DNA from: the human T2T-CHM13v2.0 reference genome, Homo sapiens
Reading direction: 5' to 3'
Length of the DNA: 64,000 nucleotides
NCBI GenBank assembly: GCA_009914755.4
Contig: CP086569.2
Coordinates: 15,424,001 to 15,488,000 of the forward strand
Shown here one piece after another: positions 39,527 through 60,890 of this stretch. The notes beneath the pieces are model-generated. The model was not told the DNA's origin and ran no database searches. It was given only the letters and a program-made list of their open reading frames with translations. A program made the translations under genes and the position numbers. The first letter of the stretch is position 1. Each line of letters opens with the position of its first letter.

Positions 39527-41214
39527 AGTTGTTATCTTCATTTTATAGCCAAGAAAGACAAACAGAGTTAAATCACTTACTCAGATTGTTGGTCTGCTAA
39601 ATGGTAGAGCTAGTTAAAATTAGGAGCATACGCAGGGAAGCTAGGCAGTGTTGTGATCAAGGCCCTTGGCCCCCTAAAGTTTCAATGAAAAATCATGGAG
39701 ATAATCAGTGACTATTACTGTCCACTCAACCGGGTTGCACAGAGGGAGAGAGAGACCAGGAGCCTGGCTGGCTGATGATAATGTCTTACCCTATTGCTAG
39801 CAGTGTTGGTTCCTGGGTTCTCTGCACTGTGGCTTTCAAAAGAACAGAGCAGCTTTGGTGACCCCACTTGTTGTGCCATAACTGTAGAGGCCAAGGCTTT
39901 TTATCCCCTAAAGTTTTACTGAAAAATTACTGACTAGGCAGACCAATTTACAGGTGAAATGACATACAAACATGCTTAATGCAGATACAAAGGAGCCTTC
40001 AGAATGAAGACGCAACCTCCCTGTGAGATCCTGAAGCTTATATACCAACCTGAGTTTACAGAAAGAGTGGGGGCTTGGATCCCAGTAATACAGATGATGG
40101 GAGGGGGAGAAGAGGAATTCTGTCGAGGAGATTACTAGAACGGAGATTAACTTGTAAATAACTCTTTTTGAAAATTAAATAATCCTTGAGGACAACCTTG
40201 GAAAACTGTCTGTTGAGGTGTGGTGTCATCTTGGTTTTTTTCTGCAGTCGATAAGGATATAACAGGAAGGGGTTAAAAACAATTATTATCCTTGTGGGAG
40301 TCTGTGTCTTAGGCAAATAAAGAAACTTCAGCTACTTTGGGAGAGGTAGTGGGAGAGGGGGAGGTTGGACTTCTTCAACTCAGCCTGTCAAAATGCCATA
40401 TTTTGGGGTATTGTTTTCTGAGCCTCAGCAGGACTCATACAGTATTGTGGGATTTGGGGCTGAGCCATGGTGGGACAGATTTTCCCCTGAGATCCTTATG
40501 CATCCAAATCAGTAGGTGCCTGTTCACGTTCAACATGAAAAAACTGACACAAAGCAATGAGTAGGAAATTGGGGGGTAAATGTAATGAAACAAACGTGTG
40601 TTAAACAACATTTCTCCATAATATTAAACTAATGTGAAGAATTTAGAGTCAGGAATTTTTCTGGAAAGTGTAGGCTCCAACTTCCTCAGAGTATGATTTG
40701 TAGGATGCTCTTCCCCATTCACTACTCCACCCAACATTTCTGACAGTTATCAGAAGAAAGAGACCTGGTATAATTAATCAAACTCAAGACATTTAGGTCA
40801 TTGTTTGCTTGAGATTCATCAGGAGGTCTTCTAACCATGCTGCAAACACTTTAACTCATCAGGGCTTCACAGATGAATTTACTGATTCCACAAACTTGTA
40901 AATTGTATTTCCAGAGCCAATGTGAACTCTCTCAGTTATGGTTTTTGTCTTGAAGACTGTGACTTTCATTTAAAATGTTGTTTCAATGATGCATTTTCTG
41001 AACTCAATGAAATTATGAAGGGACAGATTTTAAAGTCCATAACGATTTTGTTTTATTAAAGCTGCCAAATATTTTTAATATGGTGTGAAGAGGCACAAGA
41101 AAATGTAAACCCTAGTTACCACTGAGACGTCCCATTGTTTAGTCATTTCAGCACCACTGCATAGACTTCCGTAATATGAGAAAGAGACTTAATATCCTAG
41201 TCATGAGGAGCACA

Positions 41215-41300
41215 GGGTTTAGGGAAAAATACATACACAGATATATCTATATGTTGATATACACACACACATATACATGCACACACACTCACACATACAC
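41215..41300. repeat. Imperfect (CA)n/(TA)n tract
   Basis: acatacacagatatatctatatgttgatatacacacacacatatacatgcacacacactcacacatacacaatc. Confidence 0.7.
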
Positions 41301-42690
41301 AATCAGTGACTTCTTATGATGGTTCAACTAATGATTTTCAACCTTATGATGGTGTGAAGGCAATACACATTGTAGATGTCCACAAAATATTTAAAAAGCT
41401 TTATTCTGAGCCAAATACCAGTGACCTAGGCCTGTGACACAGCCCCAAGAGATCCGGAGAACATGTGCCTAAGGGGGTTGAGCATGATTTTATACATTTT
41501 GTAGGGGAGAGAAGTTACAGGCAGATATTCATCAATTCAAGGTATACATTTGTTTCTTCCAGGAAGGTGGCACAACTTGAAGCAGAGGATTCCCGGTTAT
41601 AGACAGATTCAGAGGTTTTCAAATTGGCTATTGGTTGAAGGAGTTAAGTTACCTAAAGACCTGGAATCAATAGAAAGGAGTGTCTGGGTTAAGAAAAGGT
41701 GTTGTGGAGACCAAGGTCTTATGCAGATAAAGTCTCATAGTTGGCCATCCTTAGAAGCAATAGATGACAAAAGTTTCCCATTCAGACCCTTGAAAGATGC
41801 TAGATGCTCATCTAATCACATCAAGATGAGCAAAAGACCAGTCAAGGGAAGTAAACCTGAAAAACTTGTTCACACCACTTTATCCCTCCTTGGATTAGAT
41901 AGTGTTTGCCTCATGGTTAGAAGATCTCCTGATGAATCTTGAGCAAACAATGCCCTAAATGTCTTGAGTTTGATTAATTATCCCAGGTCTCTTTCTTCTG
42001 ACAATTCAGGTAAAGAGTAGAATGCAGCTCTTCCTTATAAAAGGCAGCTTTGTGAGGCCATTTCAAAATATATGAAAGAAGTATATTTTGGGGTAAAATG
42101 CTTTGATTTCTTTTAGGGCCTGGTATCTATCATGTGATGTTACACCAGAGAGGTTGAAATTTGGTATCTTTTTGTTATCAAGTGTCTGTTTGGTTGGTCT
42201 TATGATTTCTGTTTTAATGTTAATTCTGGTCAGTTGTGCCCGAGTTCCAAAGAGAGAAGTGTATAGTGAGGCATGTCCAATCCCCATATCCCCTCATCGC
42301 CAGAAGAAGTTTTTCAGGATTAGTTTGGAATGCCCTTGGCAGAGAGGGTTTATATTCAGTTAACTGGGGACTTAGAATTTTAATTTTGGTTTACAGAATT
42401 CACTAGAGACTCTACATCCAGTACCCATATAATCATTCTAATTTGCACTTTTGGTACAGGATTCAATAAATTACATGAGATGCTCAACACTTTATTATAA
42501 AATAGACTTTCTGTTAGATGCTTTTACCCAACTGTAGGCTAAAGTAAGTGTACTGCACATATTTGAAATAGACTAGGCTATGTTGCATGATATATTTGGT
42601 CTATGTGATAAATTTTTGTCTTATGATATTTTGAACATATCATGGGTTTTTCAGATGTAATCGCCATTGCAGTTCCAGGAACATCTGTAT

Positions 42691-42745
42691 GTATTTTATG
42701 TGTGTGTGTGTATGTCTGTGTGTGTTTGTGTGTGTGTATGTGTGT
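42691..42745. repeat. Imperfect (TG)n microsatellite
   Basis: gtgtgtgtgtgtatgtctgtgtgtgtttgtgtgtgtgtatgtgtg. Confidence 0.85.
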
Positions 42746-43722
42746 TCTTCAACTCCTTGGACAGATCTCAACCTTTCAGAGGCTTCGTTTTCTTCTTTGT
42801 AAAATGGGAACAGTGGTATTTCTCTTATGGAATGTCATTGTGGAGTAATTTAGAAAAGCGTAGCATTCAACCGGAAACCTTCATAGCATTTATTGCCTGG
42901 AAAATGATGTTGATTTCTAGGGGAGATAAGTACTTTCTTATTTATCACATTTCATAAAAGGAAGGAACCTACTTTTCTTGAATTCTAAAACACATATGTG
43001 CATTGGGAATGGGAATGAGAATACACTTAGCAAAATGATCCCTCTGAAGACAATGGCAATGTGTTTGCCAAGGGGATTAATTAGACGTATTTTGCAATAC
43101 TGTTTATAGAATGGAAAACAAGAAATTGAGAGGAGGTAGTTGGAAGTGTGCACTTCTCTGCAGATCAGCCAACTGGCCTCAGTACTTTAGGTAAGGGATT
43201 TTAATTTGTCCTTTGGTTTACAGGACAACGCAGACTTACTGCTGTTTATATTCATCAAACACACATACCTGAGTAGCAGATCTCTACTCTCCCTTTAAAT
43301 AAGGTAATTCTATGGAACATTTTTGAAAGCCTAGAAAAATGTAATACAGAGGTGATGTGAAAGAAAATTACATCTATTGTCCTGTTATCCCTTGACTTTC
43401 TCTGGATATAAATGTTTTCCACATTTTTGCAACCTTTCTCTGCCTAAGCTTTCATTTTGGGGAAAACATAACAGTGTATGATTTTCTGTGTGTTTAATTC
43501 TAAAATTGCAAAGTTAATCCCACACCATTGTGGAGATAAACTTTTGAGTTTCTGTTTGAAAATTTGGGGATATGGAAATTGTCAAATACTGCTGATATAT
43601 ATGTTTAAGAGACCCAGGGGCATGAAAACATCTGGATTTTTAAATATATTGTCTGGTAATCATATAATACATCGTCCTACATTGAGAGGTAACTGTTTAT
43701 TAATCATAGTTTCTCTTCTATA

Positions 43723-49652
<5,930 letters not shown>

Positions 49653-49850
49653 TCTTCTATAATTTTGAAAGCCAGCTTCATATTTCCTGCCCTAGGGGGA
49701 TGAAGTAAAGTAAGCAGTAGATCTAGTTAGATATATGTGTTATTTTGTTTAGCAAGGGTTAATTTGAATTTTGCCATTTTATAACAACTGATTGTGGCTG
49801 GGAACATGCTAATGGTTATGGTGACTGTATTCACTCTTTCTTTGCTTTGA

Positions 49851-50154
49851 ATTTTTTTTTTTTTTTTTTTTTTTTTGGGAGATGGAGTTTTGCTCTTGCT
49901 GCCCAGGCTGGAGTGCAATGGCACAATCTTGGCTTACTGCAACCACTGCCTCCGGGTTCAAGCAATTCTTCTGCCTCAGCCTCCCCAGTAGCTGGGATTA
50001 TAGGCATGTACCACCACGCCTGGCAAATTTTTTGTATTTTTAGTAGAGAGAGGTTTCTCCATGTTGAGGCTGGTCTCGAACTCCTGACCTCAGGTGATCC
50101 ACCCACCTTGGCCTCCCAAAGTGCTCGGATTACAAGTGTGAGCCACCACGCCCA
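49851..50154 (-). mobile_element. Alu SINE, minus orientation (first of two tandem Alus)
   Basis: A poly-T run precedes gggagatggagttttgctcttgctgcccaggctggagtgcaatggcacaatcttggcttactgcaacc...aagtgtgagccaccacgcccag. Confidence 0.9.
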
Positions 50155-50156
50155 GA

Positions 50157-50467
50157 TTTTTTTTTTTTTTTTTTATTGTAACAGGGTCTCATTCTGTCAC
50201 CCAGACTGAAGTGCAGTTGTGCCATCTCAGCTCACTGCAGCTTTGACCTTCTGTGCTCAAGCAATCCTCCCACCTCAGCCTCCTGAGTAGCTGGAACTAC
50301 AGGTATACAAGTGTGTGCCACCATGCTTGGCTAATTTTTTTATTTTTTGTAGAGATGGGGTTTTGCCATGTTACTCAGCCTAGTCTGGAAATCCTGGGCT
50401 TGAGCAATCTGCCCACCTTAGCCTTCCCAAGTGCTGGAAATACAAGTGTGAGCCACTGTGCTCAGCC
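50157..50467 (-). mobile_element. Alu SINE, minus orientation (second of two tandem Alus)
   Basis: A poly-T run precedes attgtaacagggtctcattctgtcacccagactgaagtgcagttgtgccatctcagctcactgcagc...aagtgtgagccactgtgctcagcc. Confidence 0.9.
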
Positions 50468-50599
50468 TTGATTTGAATTTGAGGGATAGTATAGTTCTGT
50501 GTTACTACACCTAGTAGAATATTAGCATATTCAGTGACTTTAATTAGACCTTAGTGTAATCCCCAGTAACAATCTGTTGCCTTGGATGTTCTGTTTTCT

Positions 50600-50843
50600 T
50601 TCTTTTTTTTTTTAAATTATACTTTAAGTTTTAGGGTACATGTGCACTACGTGCAGGTTTGTTACATACGTATACATGTGCCATGCTGGTGTGCTACACC
50701 CGTTAACTCGTCACTTAACATTAGCTATATCTCCTAATGCTATCCCTCCCCACTCCCTCCACCCCACAACAGGTCCCAGTGAGTGATGTTCCCCTTCATG
50801 TGTCCATGTGTTCTCATTGTTCAATTCCCACCTATGAGTGAGA
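50600..50843 (-). mobile_element. L1 LINE 3'-end fragment (about 245 bp, young-looking), minus orientation, flanked by a 16-bp TSD
   Basis: tttttttttttaaattatactttaagttttagggtacatgtgcactacgtgcaggtttgttacatacgtatacatgtgccatgctggtgtgc...ttcaattcccacctatgagtgagag. The TSD ggatgttctgttttct occurs at 50584-50599 and 50844-50859. Confidence 0.85.
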
Positions 50844-51393
50844 GGATGTTCTGTTTTCTAAAGGTATATACGAGATTCTTGTATTCTTTTCATATTAGAG
50901 ACCCCTGGCCAGAGTAGGAGCTGTAGAGGCCACAGTGAGCCCTTCAGGAGAATGAGATACAGCAGAGTCACTGCTTGTGTTCTTGAGATGATTGGATGAC
51001 AAAGAGGGAAATGATAATGTTAACTGAGGAAAGTCTAGAACTGCAGGTTACCATATGTATCCCATATTTTAACCCTCACCTGTTGTTCCATTGTATTTTT
51101 CTATGTAAGTTTTTACTTGCAGTCCTATTTCTTTCTTATTTAAAAATCATGTTAATCATTGGTATTAGTAGCATCTTTGCCAGATAAAAAGGAAAAACTA
51201 AAGTGAATGCTTTATGACGATATGTGGGAGGAAAGAATGTAATAGCACTTGAGGAATATTGGAACTGATTATATATTACATGGCAGTGGGTAGTGTTTAA
51301 TAAAATGATTATATTTCATAGAAAGCATTACATCTTCTTTGAGTGAGAAACATAGAGATAATTTCATGCTACCCTCACCCTTTCTTTTAAACA

Positions 51394-51491
51394 TATATAT
51401 ATTTTTTTTAAATTTAAGTTAGAATTTGAGTAATTGTATTACCATATATATATTTTTTAAATTTAAGTTAGAATTTGAGTAATTGTATTAC
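51394..51491. repeat. Tandem duplication, 2 copies of a roughly 48-bp AT-rich unit
   Basis: atatatatattttttttaaatttaagttagaatttgagtaattgtattac c atatatatattttttaaatttaagttagaatttgagtaattgtattac. Confidence 0.9.
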
Positions 51492-51749
51492 ATGTGGTGC
51501 TGTTTTTCTCAGAGGAAAAATCAGCAAATTATTTCAAAGATATGGAGGATATGGTGTTTCTCTATATCCAGGTGGGACTGAACAATGTATTAGCCAAGGA
51601 AAACCTTCCCTTTCACCCACTGGAGGCTCACTGAAAATCATGTCACAAAAAGCAGATTAATAGTAGAAAAGCGATACATATTTATTAAGTCATAGATCTG
51701 TGTAACACAAGAGCCTTCAGAACGAAGACGCAAAGATAAGATGGAGACC

Positions 51750-52590
51750 ATTTTTTTTTCTTAATTTCAACTTTTATTTTAAATTCAGAGGATACAGCCT
51801 TGCTACATGAGAATATTTCATGGTGCTGATGTATAAGGTACTGTTGATCCCAATCAATAGTGGTAAGCATAGTGGCCACTAGCTAGCTTTTCAACCCATA
51901 CCCTGCTTTCTCCCCAGTCTAGTAGTCCCTGTGCCTATTGTTCCCATCTTTCTTTCCAGATTTACTCAAGCTCCCACTTGTAACTGAGAACATACAGTAT
52001 TTAATTTCCTGTATCCTGTGTTAATTCATTTAGTATGGTGGCCTCCAGCAGTATTCATGTTTCTGCAAAGGACCTGATTTTGTTCGTTTTCATGGTTGCA
52101 TAGTATTCCACAGTGCATGTATACCACATTTTCTTTATTCCACCACTGATAAGCATCCAGGTTGACTCATGCCTGTTTTTGCTATTGTGAATATTACTGC
52201 AGTGAACATACAACTGCATGTGTCTTTTTTGTAGAAAAATTTATTTTCCTCTAGGTATACACCCAGTAATGGGATTGCTGGGCCAAATGGTAGTTTTGTT
52301 CTAAGTCCTTTGAGAAATCTCCAAACTACTCTCCATAGTAGCGTAAATATTTTACGTTCTCACCAGGAGTATATAAGCATTCCTTTTTCTCTGCAACCTC
52401 ACTAGCTTTTGTTGGGTTTTTTTTGTTTTTGTTTTTGACTTTTTAATAGTAGCCATTCTGACTGGTGTGAGATGGTATCTCATTGTGGTTTTGATTTACA
52501 TTTCCCTAATGAACAGTAATGTGGAGCATTTTTCATATGTTTATTGATACTTATATGTTGAGAAGTATATGTCCATGTTCTTGGCACACC
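51750..52590 (-). mobile_element. Older L1 LINE (L1PB/L1MA-like) 3' region, minus orientation
   Basis: ttttttttcttaatttcaacttttattttaaattcagaggatacagccttgctacatg...ctcccacttgtaactgagaacatacagtatttaatttcctgtatcctgtgttaattcatttagtatggtggcctccagcagtattcatgtttctgcaaaggacctgattttgttcgttttcatggttgcatagtattcca...cccagtaatgggattgctgggccaaatggtagttttgttctaagtcctttgagaaatctccaaactactctcc is antisense L1 and diverged from L1PA. Confidence 0.8.
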
Positions 52591-53436
52591 TTTTAATGTG
52601 GTTATTCGGAAACTCAATTTTTATGCCAAGATTCAGGAAACTGCACAGCCAGTAGAAATAAGATTGGACAAAAAGGCCCTGATCTAAAGCTAATGGGCTG
52701 AGTGGGGAAACCCAGCCAGGCCTGTCTGCCTAGATTCTTCTTGGCCTTTCTGAACAGCACTTTCTTCCTTCTGGATGTGGGATAGGACCCTCTCTGGAAT
52801 AGGGGTCTTAGGACCTACAATTCACACTGTTAGGACAGAAGATTTCTTTATGGCCAGTGTTTAAGAAAGTCAGGGGGAAAGTTAAGGTCATCTTTTATGG
52901 CTGCTTTGATAGAGAAGCGGTCTGGTTTGTATGACCTGCCTTTAGGAGGAGAGGTTCTAGTTTCTTTGGCCAGCCTCTAGGGAGAATGGAATTGAGAGAC
53001 AGCAGGTCAGGAAAGGGTCAGAGATAAACCTTCTGCCTCTGAGGCTGTTGAAGTCTTCATTTTGTGGTATCATTCTCTGAACCCCAACAACACACATTGT
53101 TTTAACTTCATACAAAACACTTAGATCAGTTGGGTCCAAACATGGGTTTATACACTGTGTGGCAAAAGTATGGTCCTTCCCTCTACTCCAAAGGGAACAA
53201 ATGAAATTTATTATTTATTTATTTATTTATTTATTTTTATTATACTTTAAGTTTTAGGGTACATGTGCACAACGTGCAGGTTTGGTACATATGCATACAT
53301 GTGCTATGTTAGTGTACTGCACCCATTTACTCTTCATTTAACATTAGGTATATCTCCTAGTGCTATTCCTATCCCCTCCCCCCACCCCACAACAGGCCCC
53401 AGTGTGTGATGTTCCCCTTCCTGTGTCCATGTGTTC

Positions 53437-57265
<3,829 letters not shown>

Positions 57266-57323
57266 TATGTTAGCTGGTTATTTTGCTCATTAGTTGATGC
57301 AGTTTCTTCGTATCCTTGACGGT

Positions 57324-58340
57324 CTTTACAATTTGGCATGTTTTTGCAGTGGCTGGTACCAGTTGTTCCTTTCCATGTTTAGTGCTTCCTTCAAAAGCTC
57401 TTGTAGGGCAGGCCTGGTGGTGACAAAATCTCTCAGCATTTGCTTGTCTATAAAGGTTTTATTTCCCCTTCACTTGTGAAGCTTAGTTTGGCTGGATATG
57501 AAATTCTGAGTTGAAAATTCTTTTCTTTAAGGATGTTGAATATTGGCCCCCACTCTCTTCTGGCTTGTAGGGTTTCTGTCAAGAGATCAGCTGTTAGTCT
57601 GATGGGCTTCCCTTTGTGGGTAACCCAACCTTTCTCTCTGGCTGCCCTTAACATTTTTCTTTCATTTCAACCTTGGTGAATCTGAAAATTATGTGTCTTG
57701 GAGTTGCTCTTCTTGGGGAGTATCTTTGTGGCGTTCTCTGTATTTCCTGAATTTGAATATTGGCCTGCCTTGCTAGATTGGGGAACTTCTCCTGGATAAT
57801 ATCCTGCAGAGTGTTTTCCCACTTGGTTCCATTCTCCCCGTCACTTTCAAGTACATCAATCAGATGTAGATTTGGTCTTTTCACATAGTTCCATATTTCT
57901 TGGAGGCTTTTCTCTTTTCTTTTTATTCTTTTTTCTCTAAACTTCTCTTCTGACTTCATTGCATTCATTTGATCTTCCATCACTGATACCCCTTCTTCCA
58001 GTTGATCACATCGGCTACTGAGGCTTATGCATTTGTCATGTAGTTCTTGTACTGTGGTTTTCAGCTCCATCAGCTCCTTTAAGGACTTCTCTGCATTGGT
58101 TATTCTTGTATCCATTCGTCTATTTTTTTTTCAAGGTTTTTAACTTCTTTGCCATGGGTTCAAACTTTCTCCTTTAGCTCAGAGTAGTTTGATTGTCTGT
58201 AGCCTTCTTCTCTCAATTTGTCAAAGTCATTCTCCATCCAGCTTTGTTCCATTGCTGGTGATGTGCTGCATTCCTTCAGAGGAGGAGAGGCACTCTGATT
58301 TTTAGAGTTTCCTGTTTTTCTGTTCGGTTTTTTTCCCCAT
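57324..58340 (-). pseudogene. L1 ORF1 remnant within the full-length L1PA, with a frameshift near the start codon (7 A plus ccg where the consensus has 6 A)
   Basis: The reverse complement of 58320-58340 reads gatggggaaaaaaaccgaacagaaaaacagg, against the consensus GATGGGGAAAAAACAGAACAGAAAAACTGG. The ORF track splits ORF1 into pieces at 57648-58115 and 57448-57654. Confidence 0.75.
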
Positions 58341-59377
58341 CTTTGTGGTTTTATCTACCTTCGGTCTTTGATGATGGTGACATACAGATGGGGTTTTGGT
58401 GTGGATGTCCTTTCTGTTTGTTAGTTTTCCTTCTAACAATCAGGACCCTCAGTAGCAGGCCTGTTGGAATTTGCTGGAGGTCCACTCCAGACCCTGTTTG
58501 CCTGAGTATCAGCAGTGGAGGCTGCACAACAGTGGATATTGGTGAACAGCAAATGTTGCTGCCTGATTGTTCCCCTGGAAGTTTTGTCTCAGAAGAGTAC
58601 CCAGCTATGTGAGGTGTCAGTCTGCCCCTACTAGGGGTTGCCTCCCAGATAGGCTACTCGGGGGTCAGGGACCTACTTAAGAAGGCAGTCTATCCATTCT
58701 CAGATCTCCAGCTGGGTGCTGGGAGAACCACTACTCTCTTCCAAGCTGTCAGACAGGGATATTTAAGTCTGCAGAGTTTTGTGCTGCCTTTTGTTTGGCT
58801 ATGCCCTTCCCCCAGGGGTGGAGTCTGCAGAGACAGGCAGGCCTTCTTGAAGTGTGGTGGGCCCCACCCAGTTCGAGCTTTTTGGCTGCTTTGTTTACCT
58901 ACTCAAGCCTGAGAAAGCGTGGGTACCCCTCCCCCAGCCTCACTGCCACCTTGTAGTTTGATCTCAGACTGCTGTGCTAGCAATGAGTGAGGACTTTGTG
59001 GGTGTAGGACCCTCCGAGCCAGGCGCAGGATATAATCTTCTGGTGTGCTGTTTGCTAAGACCATTGGAAATGCACAGTATTAGGGTGGGAGTGACCTGAT
59101 TTTCCAGGTGCGGTCTGTCATCCCTTTCTTTGACTAGGAAAGGGAGTTCCCTGACCCCTTGCACTTCCCAGGTGAGGCGATGCCTCACCCTGCTTTGGCT
59201 CATGCTCGGTGTGCTGCACCCACTTTCTGACACTCCCCAGTGAGATGAACCCCGTACCTCAGTTGGAAATGCAGTAATCACCCATGTTCTGCATCGCTTA
59301 TGCTGGAAGCTGTGGACTGGAGCTGTTCCTATTCGGCCATCTTGGCTCCACCCCCCATGAAGTTTATTTTGGAGAAA

Positions 59378-59534
59378 GTTAACTCAGAACAGAAGGACCT
59401 AGGGATATCAGAGAGTTGAGATGGGGCAAGGGCCTGGGCTCCCTGTCTGTCCTGACAAAGTTAGAACAGAAGGACCCAGAGACATCAGAGAGTGGAGTGA
59501 GGGTGAGGGCCTAGGCTCCTTGTTTGTAAGGGAA
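59378..59534. repeat. Tandem duplication (2 copies of about 75-82 bp, about 78% identical) immediately abutting the L1 5' end and TSD
   Basis: Copy 1 is gttaactcagaacagaaggacctagggatatcagagagttgagatggggcaagggcctgggctccctgtctgtcctgacaaa. Copy 2 is gttagaacagaaggacccagagacatcagagagtggagtgagggtgagggcctaggctccttgtttgtaagggaa. Confidence 0.8.
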
Positions 59535-60188
59535 TTGTCTACACTGTGCATACTAATGATCATCAGCTTTCTTGTCCTTCCTTCAAAGTTGAAAGTCACC
59601 GTACTCCTTCAAGTCCATCCTGGAGGATCCCTTTCTTCATAAACTGAACTGGCCAAGAAAAGTATTCCATAATTGGTATTTAAAGGCCATTTGGGCCTAT
59701 TACTTATGTACTGTACAATATGTTCACCTGCTGAGGAGGGAACCCTGGCTATCCACACAGACCTGATTCTTAAGTGAGAAAAGACAGTCTTAAATCCTAG
59801 ATATTCTTGAGAAGGCTTCAATAAGAAACTCATTTTAAAAATTGAAAAAATAATCATCTGGAGGTAGCACACACACCAACCAAGGAAACAGGGACAAAAT
59901 TAATCTGTAACCTGTAGGAAATACACTGAAGTAGTGACTCATAAAAAAATGGGAATTCTATTAAAATGTAACATATTACACAAATTAAAGTATCCTATTG
60001 GAGAGAGAATGTGAGGAGATCTCCAATGGATAAAACTTCAGTTAGAGAGAGTGATAGCAAAGGGAAAGGAACAAATATGGAGACTCTAGGAATCTGACAT
60101 TCAAAGAGTATTTTCAGGAAGGATGACAGAGAATACAAATAAGCAAAAGTGACTTACATTCAAATAGTGTTTAAAAAGTAATCCCAGC

Positions 60189-60890
60189 GTTATTGTGTAA
60201 CAGTGCTGAAATAAATGTATCTGTACATGTGTCTTCATAGTTGAATGATTTATAATCCTTTTTGTATATACCCAGTAATGGGATTGCTGGATCAAATGGT
60301 ATGTCTCATTCTAGGTCCTTGAGGAATCACCACGTTGTGTTCCACAACAGTTGAACTAATTTATACTCCCACCAGCAGTGTAAAAGCATTCCCATTTCTC
60401 CACATCCTCTCTAGCATCTGTTGTTTCCTGACATTTTAATGATCGCCATTCTAACTGGCATGAGATTGTATCTCATTGTGGTTTTGATTTGCATTTATCT
60501 AATACACCATGAAATATATGCAGCCATGAAAAAGGATGAGTTCGTGTCCTTTGCAGGGACATAGATGAAGCTGGAAACCATCATTCTCAGCAAACTAATA
60601 CAAGAACAGAAAACCAAACACCACATGTTCTTACTCATGAGTAGGAGTTGAACAATGAGAACACATGGACACAGGGAGGGGAACATCACACACCAGGGCC
60701 TGTCATGTGGTGGGGAGTAGGGGGAGAGATAGTATTAGGAGAAATACCTAGTGTTGATGACGCGTTGATGGGTGCAGCAAGCCACCATACCATATGTATA
60801 CATATGTAACAATCCTGCACATTCTGCCCATGTACCCCAGAACTTAAAATGATAATAATAATAATTGCCATCATCATCATCATCATCATC
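60189..60890 (+). mobile_element. L1 LINE 3'-end insertion with a 5' inversion (inverted segment 60189-60503 minus; direct segment 60505-60866 plus), an (ATA)n(ATC)n tail, and the 8-bp TSD atcccagc
   Basis: The minus segment reads gttattgtgtaacagtgctgaaataaatgtatctgtacatgtgtcttcatagttgaatgatttataatcc...gtggttttgatttgcatttatctaat, which is antisense L1. The plus segment reads acaccatgaaatatatgcagccatgaaaaaggatgagttcgtgtcctttgcagggacatagatgaagctggaaacc...gtaccccagaacttaaaatgataataataataatt and is followed by the tail gccatcatcatcatcatcatcatc. The TSD atcccagc occurs at 60181-60188 and 60891-60898. About 90 bp of L1 is missing at the inversion junction. Confidence 0.8.

Noticed and set aside
41400-42560. 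A CpG-containing stretch with a 130-aa ORF (41550-41942) that looks repeat-like (…ggtcttatgatttctgttttaatgttaattctggtcag…).
   Set aside because: I could not match it to any repeat family or protein from memory. I have no positive evidence for a function, so it is left uncalled rather than guessed.
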